Assembly: GCA_963733835.1 (NCBI GenBank) | Contig: CAVTER010000004.1 | Location: 43,102-107,101 of the forward strand | DNA length: 64,000 nt | Origin: an uncultured Spirochaetota bacterium | Lineage (GTDB): Bacteria; Spirochaetota; Spirochaetia; SZUA-6; Fen-1364 | Direction of reading: 5' to 3' | Shown here: piece by piece, positions 1 to 13,264 of the stretch | Layout: each line of letters begins with the position of its first letter | Position numbering within the stretch: position 1 is the first letter of the stretch | Position numbers and translations under genes: made by a program | The notes under the pieces: model-generated | Told to the model about the DNA's origin: nothing | The model's database searches: none | The model's input: only the letters and a program-made list of their open reading frames with translations

Positions 1-106
1 GGGGGGAGCTGGTCGCCCACCTTGAGGGTGCCGTTCCTGATCAGGGTCTTGATCTGCAGGGCGACGGTCTCGTACAGCCGCGCGCGCTTGATCGGTTCGA
101 GCATGG
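1..106 (-). CDS. GntR/FadR-family transcriptional regulator, N-terminal HTH fragment; the gene continues beyond the window start
   Basis: Reverse-strand translation from an ATG near 106 gives [34 protein letters not shown], a typical GntR winged-HTH N-terminus. It is truncated by the window edge. Confidence 0.55.
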
Positions 107-144
107 GGGGAGTATATCAGCAGAATCGATCTTCGACACCGGGA

Positions 145-2763
145 TCACCCGTCGGCGAGCCGGCGCTGCTCCAGGAACGCGGCGAGGAACCGTGCCGTGT
201 GCGACCCGCGCCGTACGCGCGCGACCCGCGCCGGGCTGCCCTCGGCCACGACCCGTGCCGCCCGCCTCTCCGCCCTCGGGCCCCAGGTCGATCACCCAGT
301 CCGCCTCGGCGATGATGTCGAGGTTGTGCTCGACGATCACGACGGTGTTGCCCGCGTCCACCAGCCGGTGCAGGACACGGATGAGCTTCTCCACGTCGGC
401 CATGTGCAGGCCGATCGTCGGCTCGTCGAGCAGGTACAGCGTGCGCGGCCCCCCGGCCCTCGCCCGGGCCAGCTCGGTGACCAGCTTGATCCTCTGCGCC
501 TCCCCGCCGCTCAGCGACGGGCTCTGCTGGCCGAGGGTGATGTACCCCAGGCCGACCGCATCGAGCAGCTCCAGGGCGTGGCGCACGCCGGGGTGAAAAT
601 CGAAGAACCTGGCGGCCTCGTCCACGCTCATGGCCAGGACGTCCGCGACGCTCTTTCCCCGGAAGGTCACCGCCAGCGTCTCCTCGTTGAAGCGCCGTCC
701 CCCGCAGGAGTCGCACGGCACGGTCACGTCGGGCAGGAAGCTCATCTCGATGCGCTTCATGCCCTGGCCGTCGCATTCCTCGCACCGGCCCCCGGCCACG
801 TTGAACGAGAACCGGCTCGCCGTGTACCCGCGCATCCGCGCCTCGGGGGAGGCGGCGAACAGGCGGCGCACGTCGTCCCAGATGCCGACGTAGGTGGCGG
901 GGCACGAGCGCGGCGTCTTGCCGATCGGCGTCTGGTCGACCTCGAGCACCCTGCCCACGGCCTGCCAGCCCTCGATGGCACGGCAGCCGTGCAGACCGCC
1001 CGCGGGGGCCGCCCGGCGGCGCGAGCCGGCCACGAGACGGCGCATGTTCTCGTAGAGGACGTTGCGCACGAGGGTGCTCTTGCCGCTGCCGCTCACACCC
1101 GTCACGCAGACCAGCCTCCGCAGGGGCACCTCGACGTCGAGGTCCTTCAGGTTGTGCAGGGCGGCCCCGCGGATGAGAAGCGACGGCGCGGGAGCCTGCC
1201 CCGGCCCGGGAGGCGTCCGCCCCGCGAGGGGATGGCGCAGCGGCTCGCGGAGGAACTTCGCGGTGAGGGACGCGCGGCTTCGCATGACCTGGGCGATGGT
1301 TCCCTGGGCGACCAGCCGTCCGCCGTTCACCCCGCCGCCCGGGACCGAGGTCCACGATGTGCTCGGCCCTGCGGATGGTTTCCTCGTCGTGCTCCACCAC
1401 GACCACGGTGTTTCCCTTCTGCCGCAGGCTGCGCAGGGTGTCCAGGAGCACGAGGTTGTCGCGCGCGTGCAGGCCGATGGTCGGCTCGTCGAGGATGTAG
1501 CAGACCCCGCGGAGGTTGGATCCGAGCTGCGAGGCCAGGCGGATGCGCTGCGCCTCCCCGCCGCTCAGCGTGGGGGCGGAGCGGTCCAGCGACAGGTACG
1601 AGAGGCCCACCTGTTCGAGGAAGGCGGCCCGGCTGTCGATCTCGGCGACGATGTCCCGGGCGATCTCTTTCTCGCGGCCGTCGAGGGCCAGGCCGCGCAT
1701 CTCGGCCGCCATCCCGGACACCGGGAGCCGTGCGTACTCGGCGATGTTCTTCCCGCGGAATCGCACGGCGAGCGCCTCGGGCCGCAGGCGAAGGCCGCCG
1801 CAGGCGGGGCAGGTCTTCTCGGGCCCCTCCCACCAGTCGTTCCACCAGATCTCCTCGCCCGTCTGCTCCGCGTCGAATCCCGAGAGCTGCTGGCCCGTGC
1901 CGAAGCAGGACGGGCACCAGCCGTGCCGGGAGTTGTACGAGAACAGGCGCGGGTCCAGCTCCTCGAAGCTCCTGCCGCACCGCGGGCAGGCCCGCTTCGT
2001 GGAGAAGGTGATCGTGCCCGTGGCCGTGCGCGACGCGCACCACGCCCCTGCCGAACTCCAGGCCCCTTCCCAGCAGCGCGCGAAGGGCCCGTTCGTTCTC
2101 GGGCCGGGCCGTCACCTCGCCCACGGGCAGCTCGATCGTGTGCTCGCGGAACCGGTCCAGCCGGGGCCACGGCGCCGTGGGGACAGCCTCGCCGTCCACG
2201 CGCAGAGCGTCGAACCCCCTGGCCGCGGCCCAGGCGGCGAGGTCGGTGTAGTACCCCTTGCGCGCCGTGACCAGGGGCGCCAGCACGCCCACGCGCCTGC
2301 CCCGGTAGTCGTGCAGCACGCGGGCGAGGATGCTCTCCGCGGTCTGGGGCGGCGATGGGCACGCCGCAGTCGGGGCAGTGCTGCGTGCCCAGCTTGACGA
2401 ACAGCAGCCGCAGGAACGGGTAGATCTCGGTGAGCGTGGCGACGGTGCTCTTCCTGCCGCCCCGGCTGGTGCGCTGCTCGATGGCCACCGTCGGCGGCAC
2501 GCCGAAGACGCCGTCCACGTCGGGCCGTGCGCCGGCTGCACGAACTGCCGGGCGTAGGCGTTCAGGGACTCGAGGTAGCGACGCTGCCCCTCGGCGAAGA
2601 GGATGTCGAAGGCGAGGGTGCTCTTGCCGCTGCCGCTCACGCCCGGTGATCACGCTGAAGGCGTCGCGGGGGATGCGCAGGTCGATGCCCTTCAGGTTGT
2701 GCTCGCGCGCGCGGCGGATGACGATCTCGCCGCCCGCGCGGGCGGGCCGCCGGCTCGGGGCAC
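145..2763 (-). CDS. uvrA: UvrA-family ABC ATPase, downstream tandem paralog B (excinuclease subunit A-like), with at least 4 frame disruptions
   Basis: Minus-strand ORF fragments 41..1330, 117..1766, 1327..2640 and 1565..2653 together cover a full UvrA: [12 protein letters not shown], Walker A ([12 protein letters not shown]), a CPDCG zinc finger, [14 protein letters not shown] signatures, [12 protein letters not shown] and the C-terminus ...[14 protein letters not shown] with its stop near 145. The frame changes at a G homopolymer near 2655. Confidence 0.7.
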
Positions 2764-2829
2764 CCGCCGGCGCTGCTGCCGGCCCGGCCGCCGTGCGTTG
2801 TCGCGCGCGCGGCGATGCGCCGGAAGGCC

Positions 2830-5553
<2,724 letters not shown>

Positions 5554-5671
5554 CTTTCCCAGCGGGATGGAGAGGGAGAGGTTTTTCAGCTTGTTCTGCC
5601 GGGCCCCCTCGATGCGGATTGCGGCCGCCGGGGGCCGCCGGGCGCGGGGGCGCGGGGAGGAGGGGGTGGGC

Positions 5672-6187
5672 TTAGCGATGCGCGTCCATCCCCCGCGGCG
5701 CGCTCCCGCGTTCCCGCGGCCCCGACAGGAGCTTTTCCATGAACATCGCGCCGGGGAGGGGGTTGTACACGTAGGGCTCGGTGTCCTGGAACCCGAACGA
5801 CCGGTACAGCCGCACGGCCCCCTGCATCGAGGGCAGCGTGTCCAGCCGCATCGCCGTGTACCCCTTTGCGCGGGCCTCCTCCAGGATCCTGCCGATGAGC
5901 TGCCTGCCCACGCCCAGCCCGCGGCCGGACTCCCGCACGAAGAGCCTCTTCATCTCGCAGGTCTGGCCGTCGATCGGCCGCAGGGCAACGCACCCGCACG
6001 GCTCACCGTCCCGTTCCGCGAGGATGAGGGCGCCCCGGGGGGGAGCGTACTTGCCCGGCAGGCTGTCCAGCTCGGCCGCGAAGCCCTGGAAGGCGAGGTC
6101 GATCTCGAGGGAGGCGGCGTACTCTTCGAAAAGCCTCCTCACTGCCGGCAGGTCTGCCTCTCCCGCCGGCCGGTACACGGTCTGCAT
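5672..6187 (-). CDS. GNAT-family N-acetyltransferase
   Basis: An intact 171-aa ORF with the acetyl-CoA binding motif R/Q-x-x-G-x-G/A (RGLGVGRQL) and a GNAT-like layout. Confidence 0.75.
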   Translation of the reverse strand: MQTVYRPAGEADLPAVRRLFEEYAASLEIDLAFQGFAAELDSLPGKYAPPRGALILAERDGEPCGCVALRPIDGQTCEMKRLFVRESGRGLGVGRQLIGRILEEARAKGYTAMRLDTLPSMQGAVRLYRSFGFQDTEPYVYNPLPGAMFMEKLLSGPRERGSAPRGMDAHR

Positions 6188-6196
6188 CGGCTCTCC

Positions 6197-7306
6197 TCAG
6201 TACACGAAGCCGCTGCCCGAGAGCTTCCCGTGCGCGATCTTGAGCTTGCGGTCCACGTCGATCCCGTAGGGGCACAGCCGCGACAGGGCCCCGTAGTCCG
6301 CGGAGGGGTCGACCTTCCGCGCGAGGGCGGCGTATTCCACGCGCGCCGCCTGCCCCTGCGCGAACCAGCCCTTCAGCCTCTCGCGCAGCGCGTACAGGGC
6401 GGGGTCGGGAGGCCGCATGTCGTCCATCTGCCTGTCCAGCAGGCCCTCCAGCAGGAACACCTCCTGCGGGTCGAACCCGTCCTGCCGGCAGTTTCCGCAC
6501 AGCCGGCAGACGTAGTCGCCCAGCTCGGGGGCCGTCCTGTACAGCTTCTCGGTCTCCCGGGCGCTCATCGGCTTGAACGAACGCACCGCCCGGATGTCGG
6601 CATCGAGCATCTCCACGGTGTTGATGCCCATGACGACGGTCGAGACGGGGAGGCCAAGGGCGTAGCGAATGGCAGGACCGGGGGAGCGGAACAGGTAGCC
6701 GTCGGCAAGGGCCTTCATGGCGATGAGCCCGATGCCCGCCTCCTGGCAGCGGGGAAGAAGCTGCGACTCCACGGTCGGGAAATTGAACCTGTCGAAGTAG
6801 TTGAACCCCGTCATCACCACGTCGAAGGGGTGCAGGGGAAGGGCGGCCAGGAGGCCGTCGGGCCTGCCGTGCCCCGTGATGCCGATGAAACGGGCCTTGC
6901 CCGCCCTGTGCGCAGCGGCGACCGCCTCCATGGCTCCGCCGGGGCCGAAGATGGCCCGGATATCCTCCTGGCCCTGCACGCAGTGGAGGTAGAGGATATC
7001 CACGTGGTCGGTGTGCAGGAGGCGCAGGCTCCTGTCGATCTCGGCGGCCGACGCCTCCTTCGTGCGCGCGAGGGTCTTGGTGGCCAGGACGAACTCGCCC
7101 CGCCTGCGCGCCACGGCCCTCCCGATCTTCTCCTCGGAGATGCCGTTCCCGTACTCGGCGGCCGTCTCGATGTAGGTGCCGCCCCTGTCGAGGTAGCTGT
7201 TGAGCAGGCGCGATGCCTCGGCAGAGGGGATTTCCACGAGGTGGAACCCGCCGAAGCCGAGGACGGAGAGGGAGAGGCCTGTCTTTCCCAGCGGCCGCTT
7301 TTCCAT
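6197..7306 (-). CDS. Aldo/keto reductase-family oxidoreductase with a C-terminal Cys-rich (putative Fe-S) extension
   Basis: The lower part of ORF 6197..8977 starts at MEKRPLGKTGLSLSVLGFGG and carries AKR signatures (GTYIETAAEYGNG, ILYLH). The tail contains CRLCGNC...C and CPYG Cys motifs. Confidence 0.75.
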   Translation of the reverse strand: MEKRPLGKTGLSLSVLGFGGFHLVEIPSAEASRLLNSYLDRGGTYIETAAEYGNGISEEKIGRAVARRRGEFVLATKTLARTKEASAAEIDRSLRLLHTDHVDILYLHCVQGQEDIRAIFGPGGAMEAVAAAHRAGKARFIGITGHGRPDGLLAALPLHPFDVVMTGFNYFDRFNFPTVESQLLPRCQEAGIGLIAMKALADGYLFRSPGPAIRYALGLPVSTVVMGINTVEMLDADIRAVRSFKPMSARETEKLYRTAPELGDYVCRLCGNCRQDGFDPQEVFLLEGLLDRQMDDMRPPDPALYALRERLKGWFAQGQAARVEYAALARKVDPSADYGALSRLCPYGIDVDRKLKIAHGKLSGSGFVY

Positions 7307-7462
7307 GATGATCCTCCGACCTGTCCAAAGGATAGCGAGGCGCCGGGCGGGTGGCAAGCGAGCCGCCGGGGACCCGGGGAGCGGCACGCGAGCCTCCGGG
7401 GCGGCTGGGCGAAATGCCTTGATTTCGGCCGTCCTGTCACCTATGCTACTAGAGGGAAGGTC

Positions 7463-7825
7463 ATGGCGAGAATCCTTGTGGTCGACGACGAGGCAACAGC
7501 CCGGGAAATGGCGCGCCAGGCGCTCCAGAGCAGGGGCCACGAGGTCGTCGAGGCAGCGGACGGAAATGCGGGGATGGAGCTCCTGCGCTCGGGGGGCTTC
7601 GCAGCGGTCGTCATGGACATCATGATGCCCGGCAAGGGCGGCGTGGAGACGCTCATCGACATTCACCGCGACTTCAAGAGCCTGAAGGTCATCATCATGT
7701 CCGGCAAGATCGACGTGGACTCCGATGCCTTCCGCGGCCTGGCCGAACACTTCGGCGCTTCGTGCATCCTGCGCAAACCCTTCGCCGCGGCCGACCTGCT
7801 CGCGGCAGTCGACTCGCTGCTGTAG
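7463..7825 (+). CDS. Stand-alone CheY-like response-regulator receiver domain protein
   Basis: Only the C-terminal 120 aa of the long + ORF 5498..7825 look real: MARILVVDDEATAREMARQALQSRGHEVVEAADGNAGMELL...DIMMPGKGGVETL...SGK, with a conserved Asp pocket. A G-rich RBS-like stretch sits upstream. Confidence 0.7.
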   Translation: MARILVVDDEATAREMARQALQSRGHEVVEAADGNAGMELLRSGGFAAVVMDIMMPGKGGVETLIDIHRDFKSLKVIIMSGKIDVDSDAFRGLAEHFGASCILRKPFAAADLLAAVDSLL

Positions 7826-7827
7826 CG

Positions 7828-8868
7828 TCAACCCGTCGAGACGAGACTCCTGATCACCTCGATGGCCTCGCGCACGTCGTCGGCCGTGACGCGGCTGGAG
7901 GTGACGAAGCGAAGGCTCTTCGCGTCGGCGGCAAAGGCGAGCACGCCCCGGGCCTTCATCGCGGCCGCCAGGGTCCTCGCGTCCATGGACGGGTGCGCGA
8001 AGCCCGCGAGGACGAAGTTCGTCGGTGTGCCCGCGCGGTCCACGGTGAACCCGGGCAGGAGGGACAGGCCGTCGGCAAGCAGGCGCGCGTTGGCGTGGTC
8101 GTCGGCAAGCCGGCAGATGTTCGCCTCCTCCAGGGCCGCGAGGCCGCAGGCGGCAAGCCAGCCCGTCTGGCGCATCCCGCCGCCCAGCATCTTGCGATAG
8201 CGCCGCCCCCTTTTCATGAAGGCCGCGCTCCCGCACAGCAGGGATCCCACCGGCGCGCCCAGCCCTTTGGACAGGGACACCATGACCGAGTCCACGTGGC
8301 GGGTGAAGGCGCGCGCCTCCACGCCGAGGGCGACTGCCGCGTTGAAGATCCGCGCCCCGTCCAGGTGCACCGGGATGCCCAGCCGGTCGGCCAGCTTCTT
8401 CACAGCGGCGAATCTCTCGGGGCCCGCGGCTATGCCGCCGTAGCGGTAGTGCGTGTTCTCGAGGCAGATGAGAGAGGTGCGCGGGTAGTGGATGTCGTCC
8501 GCGCGGACGGCCCGCTCGATGGCGAGGGGGTCGGGCACCCCCGCGGGCCCCGGCACGCCGCGCAGCAGGAGCCCTCCCACGCACGCCGCGCCGCCGGTCT
8601 CGGAGCTGCGGATGTGCGCGTTCTCCTCCAGGATCACCTCGTCGCCGCGGGACGTCCACGAGAGAAGCGCCACCAGGTTGCCCATGGTGCCGCTGGGGAC
8701 GAAGATCGCCTCCTCCGTTCCCAGAAGCCGGGCAGCGGTCCGTTCCAGCTCCTCCTGCCCCGGGTCCTCCCCGTAGACAGAGTCTCCCAGGGGGGCGCGG
8801 AACGCCTCGTCCCGCATCCGCTCGGTGGGCAGCGTGATCGTGTCGCGCCTCAGGTCGATCGTCCGCAC
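7828..8868 (-). CDS. ltaE: Low-specificity L-threonine aldolase (PLP-dependent)
   Basis: A GTG start (VRTIDLRRDTITLPT) after a GGGAGG RBS. The sequence has SGTMGNL, HLDGARIFNA and the SLSKGLGAPVGS PLP-lysine region typical of LtaE/threonine aldolases. Confidence 0.75.
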   Translation of the reverse strand: MRTIDLRRDTITLPTERMRDEAFRAPLGDSVYGEDPGQEELERTAARLLGTEEAIFVPSGTMGNLVALLSWTSRGDEVILEENAHIRSSETGGAACVGGLLLRGVPGPAGVPDPLAIERAVRADDIHYPRTSLICLENTHYRYGGIAAGPERFAAVKKLADRLGIPVHLDGARIFNAAVALGVEARAFTRHVDSVMVSLSKGLGAPVGSLLCGSAAFMKRGRRYRKMLGGGMRQTGWLAACGLAALEEANICRLADDHANARLLADGLSLLPGFTVDRAGTPTNFVLAGFAHPSMDARTLAAAMKARGVLAFAADAKSLRFVTSSRVTADDVREAIEVIRSLVSTG

Positions 8869-8888
8869 AGCGTCCTCCCTTTCCTGCT

Positions 8889-10635
8889 TCAGTCCCGCTC
8901 CAGCCCCTGCTGCCTCCACAGCGTGTAGTACAGCCCCTTCTTCCGCAGCAGGTCGAGGTGGGAGCCCATCTCGACAACCCGGCCCTTCTTGAGGACCACG
9001 ATCCTGTCCGCGCGGGCGACGGTGGACAGCCTGTGGGCGATGAGCACGGTCACGAAGCTGGGCCGCGTGCGGATGATCTGGTCGATCGTGCGCGTGATCT
9101 CCTTCTCCGTCTCCGTGTCCAGGGAGCTGGTGGCCTCGTCGAAGATGAGCAGGTCGGGCCTGCGCAGGAGCGCGCGCGCGATGGCCAGGCGCTGCCTTTC
9201 CCCGCCGGAGAGCTTCAGTCCCCCCTCGCCGATCCGCGTGTCCAGGCCCTCCCTGCTGCGCTCGAGCAGCCCGGCCAGCTGCGCCGCGCGCAGGCTGGCC
9301 AGGCACTCCTCGTCGTCGGCGTCGGCCCGGGCGAAGCGCAGGTTGTCGCGGATGGTCCCCGCGAACAGCTCGATGGCCTGGGGCACGAAGCCCACGCGCC
9401 GGCGAAGCAGGTCGTAGTTCACCGCGGAGGAGTCTATTCCAGTTGAAGAGAATGCGCCCCGCGTCGGGCGTGTACAGGCCAAGGAGCAGCTTCACCAGGG
9501 TGCTCTTCCCCGCCCCCGAGGGCCCCACGAAGGCGATGCTTTCCCCCGACCGGGCCGCGAAGGACACCTCCTGGAGGGCGGGCTCGCGCGCGCCGGGGTG
9601 CCGGTAGCTCACGCCCGAGAACTCCAGGCTCTCGATCCCGTCGGGCACCGCGCCGGAAGGATTGGCGGGAGCCGTCTCCTGCGCGAGGATGCGCTCGACG
9701 TTCTCGAGGCTCGCGCGCGTCTCCTGGTACTTCGTGATGATGCTGCCGATCTCGCCCAGCGGCGAGAAGATCGCGAAGGAGTAGAACATCATGCTGAGGA
9801 ACTCGCCCAGCGTGATGAGCCGCAGGTACACCAGCACGAGCATCAGCAGGAGCAGCAGCGCCCGGAAGAAGTTGATGGCCGTGCCCTGGAAGAACATGAG
9901 CAGGCGCACCGTCTTCACCTTGGACAGCTCCAGGTCGAGGATGCGGGTGTTCGTCGCGTTGAGCCTGTCGATTTCCTGCGTCTCCAGCCCCAGGCTCTTT
10001 ATCAGCTCGATGTTGCGAAGGCTTTCCGTGGTGGAGCCGGCCAGGGCGTTGGTCTCGCCGAAGATCCGGGCCTGCACCTTCTTGATCCTGCGGCCGAGGG
10101 ACGAGACCAGGACGCCGAGGACCGGGGAGAGCACGAGCAGGGCGGCGCCGATGGACCAGTGCACGAAGAAGGAGTAGCCCAGGACGAGCACGAAGGCGAG
10201 CGAGGAGATGAAGATGGAGTTGATGGCCTGGCCGATCATGTCCCGGGAGTCGCTCCTCGCCTTCTGCAGCTGCTGCAGCACCGCGCCGCTCTGCTGGTCC
10301 TCGAATGCCCGGTAGGGCAGGCGCAGGGAGTGGGCGATGCCGTCGGCGTACATCCTGGCGCCGACGGACTGGGAGGCGACGTTCACGAAGTAGTCCTGGA
10401 AGTTCTTCGCGACGCGGCTCACCATGGCAACGCCGACGAAGGCGAGGATGAGAAGCCCGACCCCGCGGATGAACTCGGCGCGGGGCATCGAGGCAAAGTT
10501 CGTGGCGTAGCGGTCGACGATGATGCGGAAGATCTGCGGGTCCAGGAGGGAGAAGACCTGGTTGACGACCGCCAGGCCGATCGCGAGGGCGATCATTCCC
10601 CGGTAGGGACGCAGGTAGGCGAGCAGGAGCTTCAT
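8889..10635 (-). CDS. ABC exporter with fused permease and ATPase (MsbA/lipid-A exporter-like); one frameshift near 9440
   Basis: The N-terminal six-TM domain (MKLLLAYLRPYRGMIALAIGL...) is followed by an NBD: Walker A GPSGAGKST in one frame, then the rest (LSGGERQRLAIARAL, LIFDEATSSLD, AHRLST) in the 8889..9482 frame. Confidence 0.75.
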
Positions 10636-10646
10636 GGGTGAAGATA

Positions 10647-11591
10647 CTACACGTGGTTGCGCAGGGCGAGCTCCACGGGGTGGGGGTGCAGCCACACCTG
10701 GCGCGACAGGTAGGGCTCGGCGAACCTGCGCACGTGGTGGCGCAGCAGCACGAGCGGCACGACCAGGGGCACATGGCCCGCGTGGTAGTCGCCAATCACC
10801 TCGAGCAGCTCCGCCTTCTCGTCGGCGGCGAGCTGCTTCTTGAAGTAGCCCATGGCGTGCTGCAGGACGTTCACGTTCTTCTTCGGCGTGGCCTCGAGGC
10901 TGAGCGCGCGCATGAGACCGGCCAGGTACTCGCCGAGGACCGCCGTCCGCGGCCTGCCCTTCGCCGAGGCGACGAGCGCGCCCAGCGCAGAGACGGCCCG
11001 CGGGTCGTGCGACATGACGAGGAGCTTATGGTCGGTGTGAAAGCCGACAAGCCCCCGGATGCTGCCATCCGCCTGCTCGAAGTCCCTCCAGCGCCGGTAG
11101 ACGAACACCCTCTCGATGAAGTTCTCGCGCAGGCCCGGGTCGTTCAGCCGGCCGTCGTCCTCCACGGGCAGGAGGGGGAAGCGTCCCGTGAAGGCCCGGG
11201 CAAACAGGCCCACGCCCCTCCGCGACGGGCTTCCCTTCTCATCGTAGACCTTCACGGCCCTGAGGCCCGAGCTGGGCGAGGCGCTCTTGAAGACGAAGCC
11301 GCACAGGTCCTCGGCGGCCAGCGCGGCCAGGCGGCTCTCGCTCCAGCGGCGCATGCGCTGCGTGTGGTCGATCCCCGTCTTCGCGGTCACCAGCCGGGGC
11401 TCGGCGGGGTCGCCCACCAGGCGCATGGACTCCCGGGGCACGCCCAGCCCGCACTCGACCTCGGGACAGACGGGCACCCACTCGACGAACCTTCCCAGCG
11501 TGTCGTGCAGGTACCTGTCCAGCTTGTGCCCGCCGTTGTAGCGGACGTTCTGCCCGAGAAGACACGAGCTGATTCCCAGCCTGATTGCCAT
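10647..11591 (-). CDS. DUF523 (TudS-like) plus DUF1722 two-domain protein
   Basis: An intact 314-aa ORF. The N-terminus is MAIRLGISSCLLGQNVRYNGGHK with a CPEVECGLGVPRE Cys cluster, which fits DUF523. The C-terminal half resembles DUF1722 (YbgA-like). Confidence 0.6.
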   Translation of the reverse strand: MAIRLGISSCLLGQNVRYNGGHKLDRYLHDTLGRFVEWVPVCPEVECGLGVPRESMRLVGDPAEPRLVTAKTGIDHTQRMRRWSESRLAALAAEDLCGFVFKSASPSSGLRAVKVYDEKGSPSRRGVGLFARAFTGRFPLLPVEDDGRLNDPGLRENFIERVFVYRRWRDFEQADGSIRGLVGFHTDHKLLVMSHDPRAVSALGALVASAKGRPRTAVLGEYLAGLMRALSLEATPKKNVNVLQHAMGYFKKQLAADEKAELLEVIGDYHAGHVPLVVPLVLLRHHVRRFAEPYLSRQVWLHPHPVELALRNHV

Positions 11592-11645
11592 TGCCAGCCT
11601 CCCCCTGCGGTGATTCTACCGCAGGCCGCATCCGTGGTATAAGCG

Positions 11646-12524
11646 GTGCACCCGGAGGTCCCCGTGCACGATGAGTTCACCGAGGTGAAGATCCTCGACA
11701 ATTTCTACCAGACGTCCAGCTTCTTCCCCATGCCCGTGGTGCTCGTCTCGAGCGTCTCGGAGTCGGGGAGGACCAATCTCGGCCCCTATTCCCTGTGCTT
11801 TCCCCACATCGTGGCCGGCCGCCACTCCATGATGCTCATCGCGCGCGACACGAGCAACACGGCGCGGAACATCGCCGCGCGCAGGCACTGCGCCCTGAAC
11901 TTCATCCCGCACCGACGGCGGTACCTGAAGAACTGCGTGACCCTCGGCTTTCCCGGCGAGACGACGGAGGAGAAGATGAAGAACAGCATCTTCACCCTCG
12001 AGCCGTCGCGGCGCACGGACGATGGCGGTGCGCGGTTTCCCGAGATCGTGCGCGAGGCCGTCCAGGTGTTCGAGTGCACGTGGGACGATGCCTTCCCGCT
12101 CACGTACTTCGAGGGAGACCAGGAGCGGCGGTTCGTGCTGCGCATCGAGAAGATCCACCTGAAACCCCGGCTGCGGACGGCCCTGCTGCAGGGGACCTGC
12201 GCGCCGGACCTGCCCATCGACTACGGCTTTCGCGACAACGCGCGCTTCTGGCTGGCCCGGCACGGCAGGCCGTACTCCGAGCTGATCCCGCGCTCCAAGG
12301 GCGTGTCCGTCGACGCGGTGAAGTACGCCGTGCAGCGTGTGGACCCCGGGGTGACGTGGCAGGAGGAGGCCTGCGCGAAGCTCGTGCGGGTGCCCCGGCC
12401 GTTCATGACGGCCGCGATCCGCGCCTGCGTGGAGGCGGCGGCGAAGGAGGGGGTCACGGAGATCACCCCCGCGTTCGTGGACAGGGTCAGGGACAAGCGC
12501 AGGGGAGAGAAGCCGAGCAGATAA
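11646..12524 (+). CDS. Flavin reductase-like (FMN-binding split-barrel) domain protein with a C-terminal extension; the start may be the GTG at 11664
   Basis: A 292-aa ORF. PMPVVLVSSVSESGRTNLGPYSLCFP resembles the flavin-reductase-like domain. GGAGG lies 5 nt before the GTG at 11664. Confidence 0.5.
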   Translation: MHPEVPVHDEFTEVKILDNFYQTSSFFPMPVVLVSSVSESGRTNLGPYSLCFPHIVAGRHSMMLIARDTSNTARNIAARRHCALNFIPHRRRYLKNCVTLGFPGETTEEKMKNSIFTLEPSRRTDDGGARFPEIVREAVQVFECTWDDAFPLTYFEGDQERRFVLRIEKIHLKPRLRTALLQGTCAPDLPIDYGFRDNARFWLARHGRPYSELIPRSKGVSVDAVKYAVQRVDPGVTWQEEACAKLVRVPRPFMTAAIRACVEAAAKEGVTEITPAFVDRVRDKRRGEKPSR

Positions 12525-12610
12525 TCCGGGGCGCGTCGGCTTGCTTGACGCGCCCCCGGGCGGCGTGATGAACTGCACGCATCATGCCATCCCACCAGCG
12601 CCACGGGCGC

Positions 12611-13264
12611 ATGTCCTCCATCACTTCCGTCATCTTCGACTTCGGCGGCGTGCTGGGCCTGCACCAGGACCCCGCCCAGGCACGGGTCCTGGCAGACCTG
12701 TGCGGCCTTCCCATGGACCGCTTCCGCACCCTGTACGCGAAGGACAGGCTGATGTGGGACAGGTCGACCGTGGACGCGGCAGGGTACTGGGGCAGCATCC
12801 TTGCCGCGGCGGGCCGCCCCGTTTCAGCCGACCTTGTCGGCCGGCTGGTTCGCGCCGACATCGCCGCGTGGACACGGGTCAACGCGCGCGTGGTCGCCTG
12901 GGCCGCGGCCCTGCGCAGGAAGGGCTTCCGCACGGCCATCCTTTCGAACATGCCGCAGGAGATCCTGGACGACATGTGGAAGGACCCGCGCCTCCAGTGG
13001 ATGGCCGAGTTCCCCGTGCGGGTCTTCTCCTGCGAGGTCCGCCTGGTGAAGCCCGAGCCGGAGATCTACCGCCTGTGCCTGGACTCCCTCGGCGTGCAGG
13101 CGTCCGAGGCGATCTTCGTCGACGACACGATCCATAACGTCGAGGGCGCGCAGGCGGTGGGGATACAGGCCCTGCTCTTCCTGACCGCCCCGGAGGCTGC
13201 CGTGGAGATCGAGAGGCGCTGGGGACTGCCCGTGGACGAGCTGGAGGGCGACGGGAATGGGTGA
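12611..13264 (+). CDS. HAD-family hydrolase (haloacid dehalogenase-like phosphatase)
   Basis: MSSITSVIFDFGGVL carries the DxG motif I. The sequence also has the SN motif and the FVDD motif IV. Confidence 0.75.
   Translation: MSSITSVIFDFGGVLGLHQDPAQARVLADLCGLPMDRFRTLYAKDRLMWDRSTVDAAGYWGSILAAAGRPVSADLVGRLVRADIAAWTRVNARVVAWAAALRRKGFRTAILSNMPQEILDDMWKDPRLQWMAEFPVRVFSCEVRLVKPEPEIYRLCLDSLGVQASEAIFVDDTIHNVEGAQAVGIQALLFLTAPEAAVEIERRWGLPVDELEGDGNG

Noticed and set aside
197-2011. 604-aa + strand ORF (and similar ones at 1062..2270 and 1516..2397) opposite the uvrA genes
   Set aside because: Arg/Pro/Ala/Gly-dominated low-complexity translations with no recognisable motifs. This is the typical antisense open frame of a 70% GC coding region. 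The opposite strand carries clear UvrA signatures.
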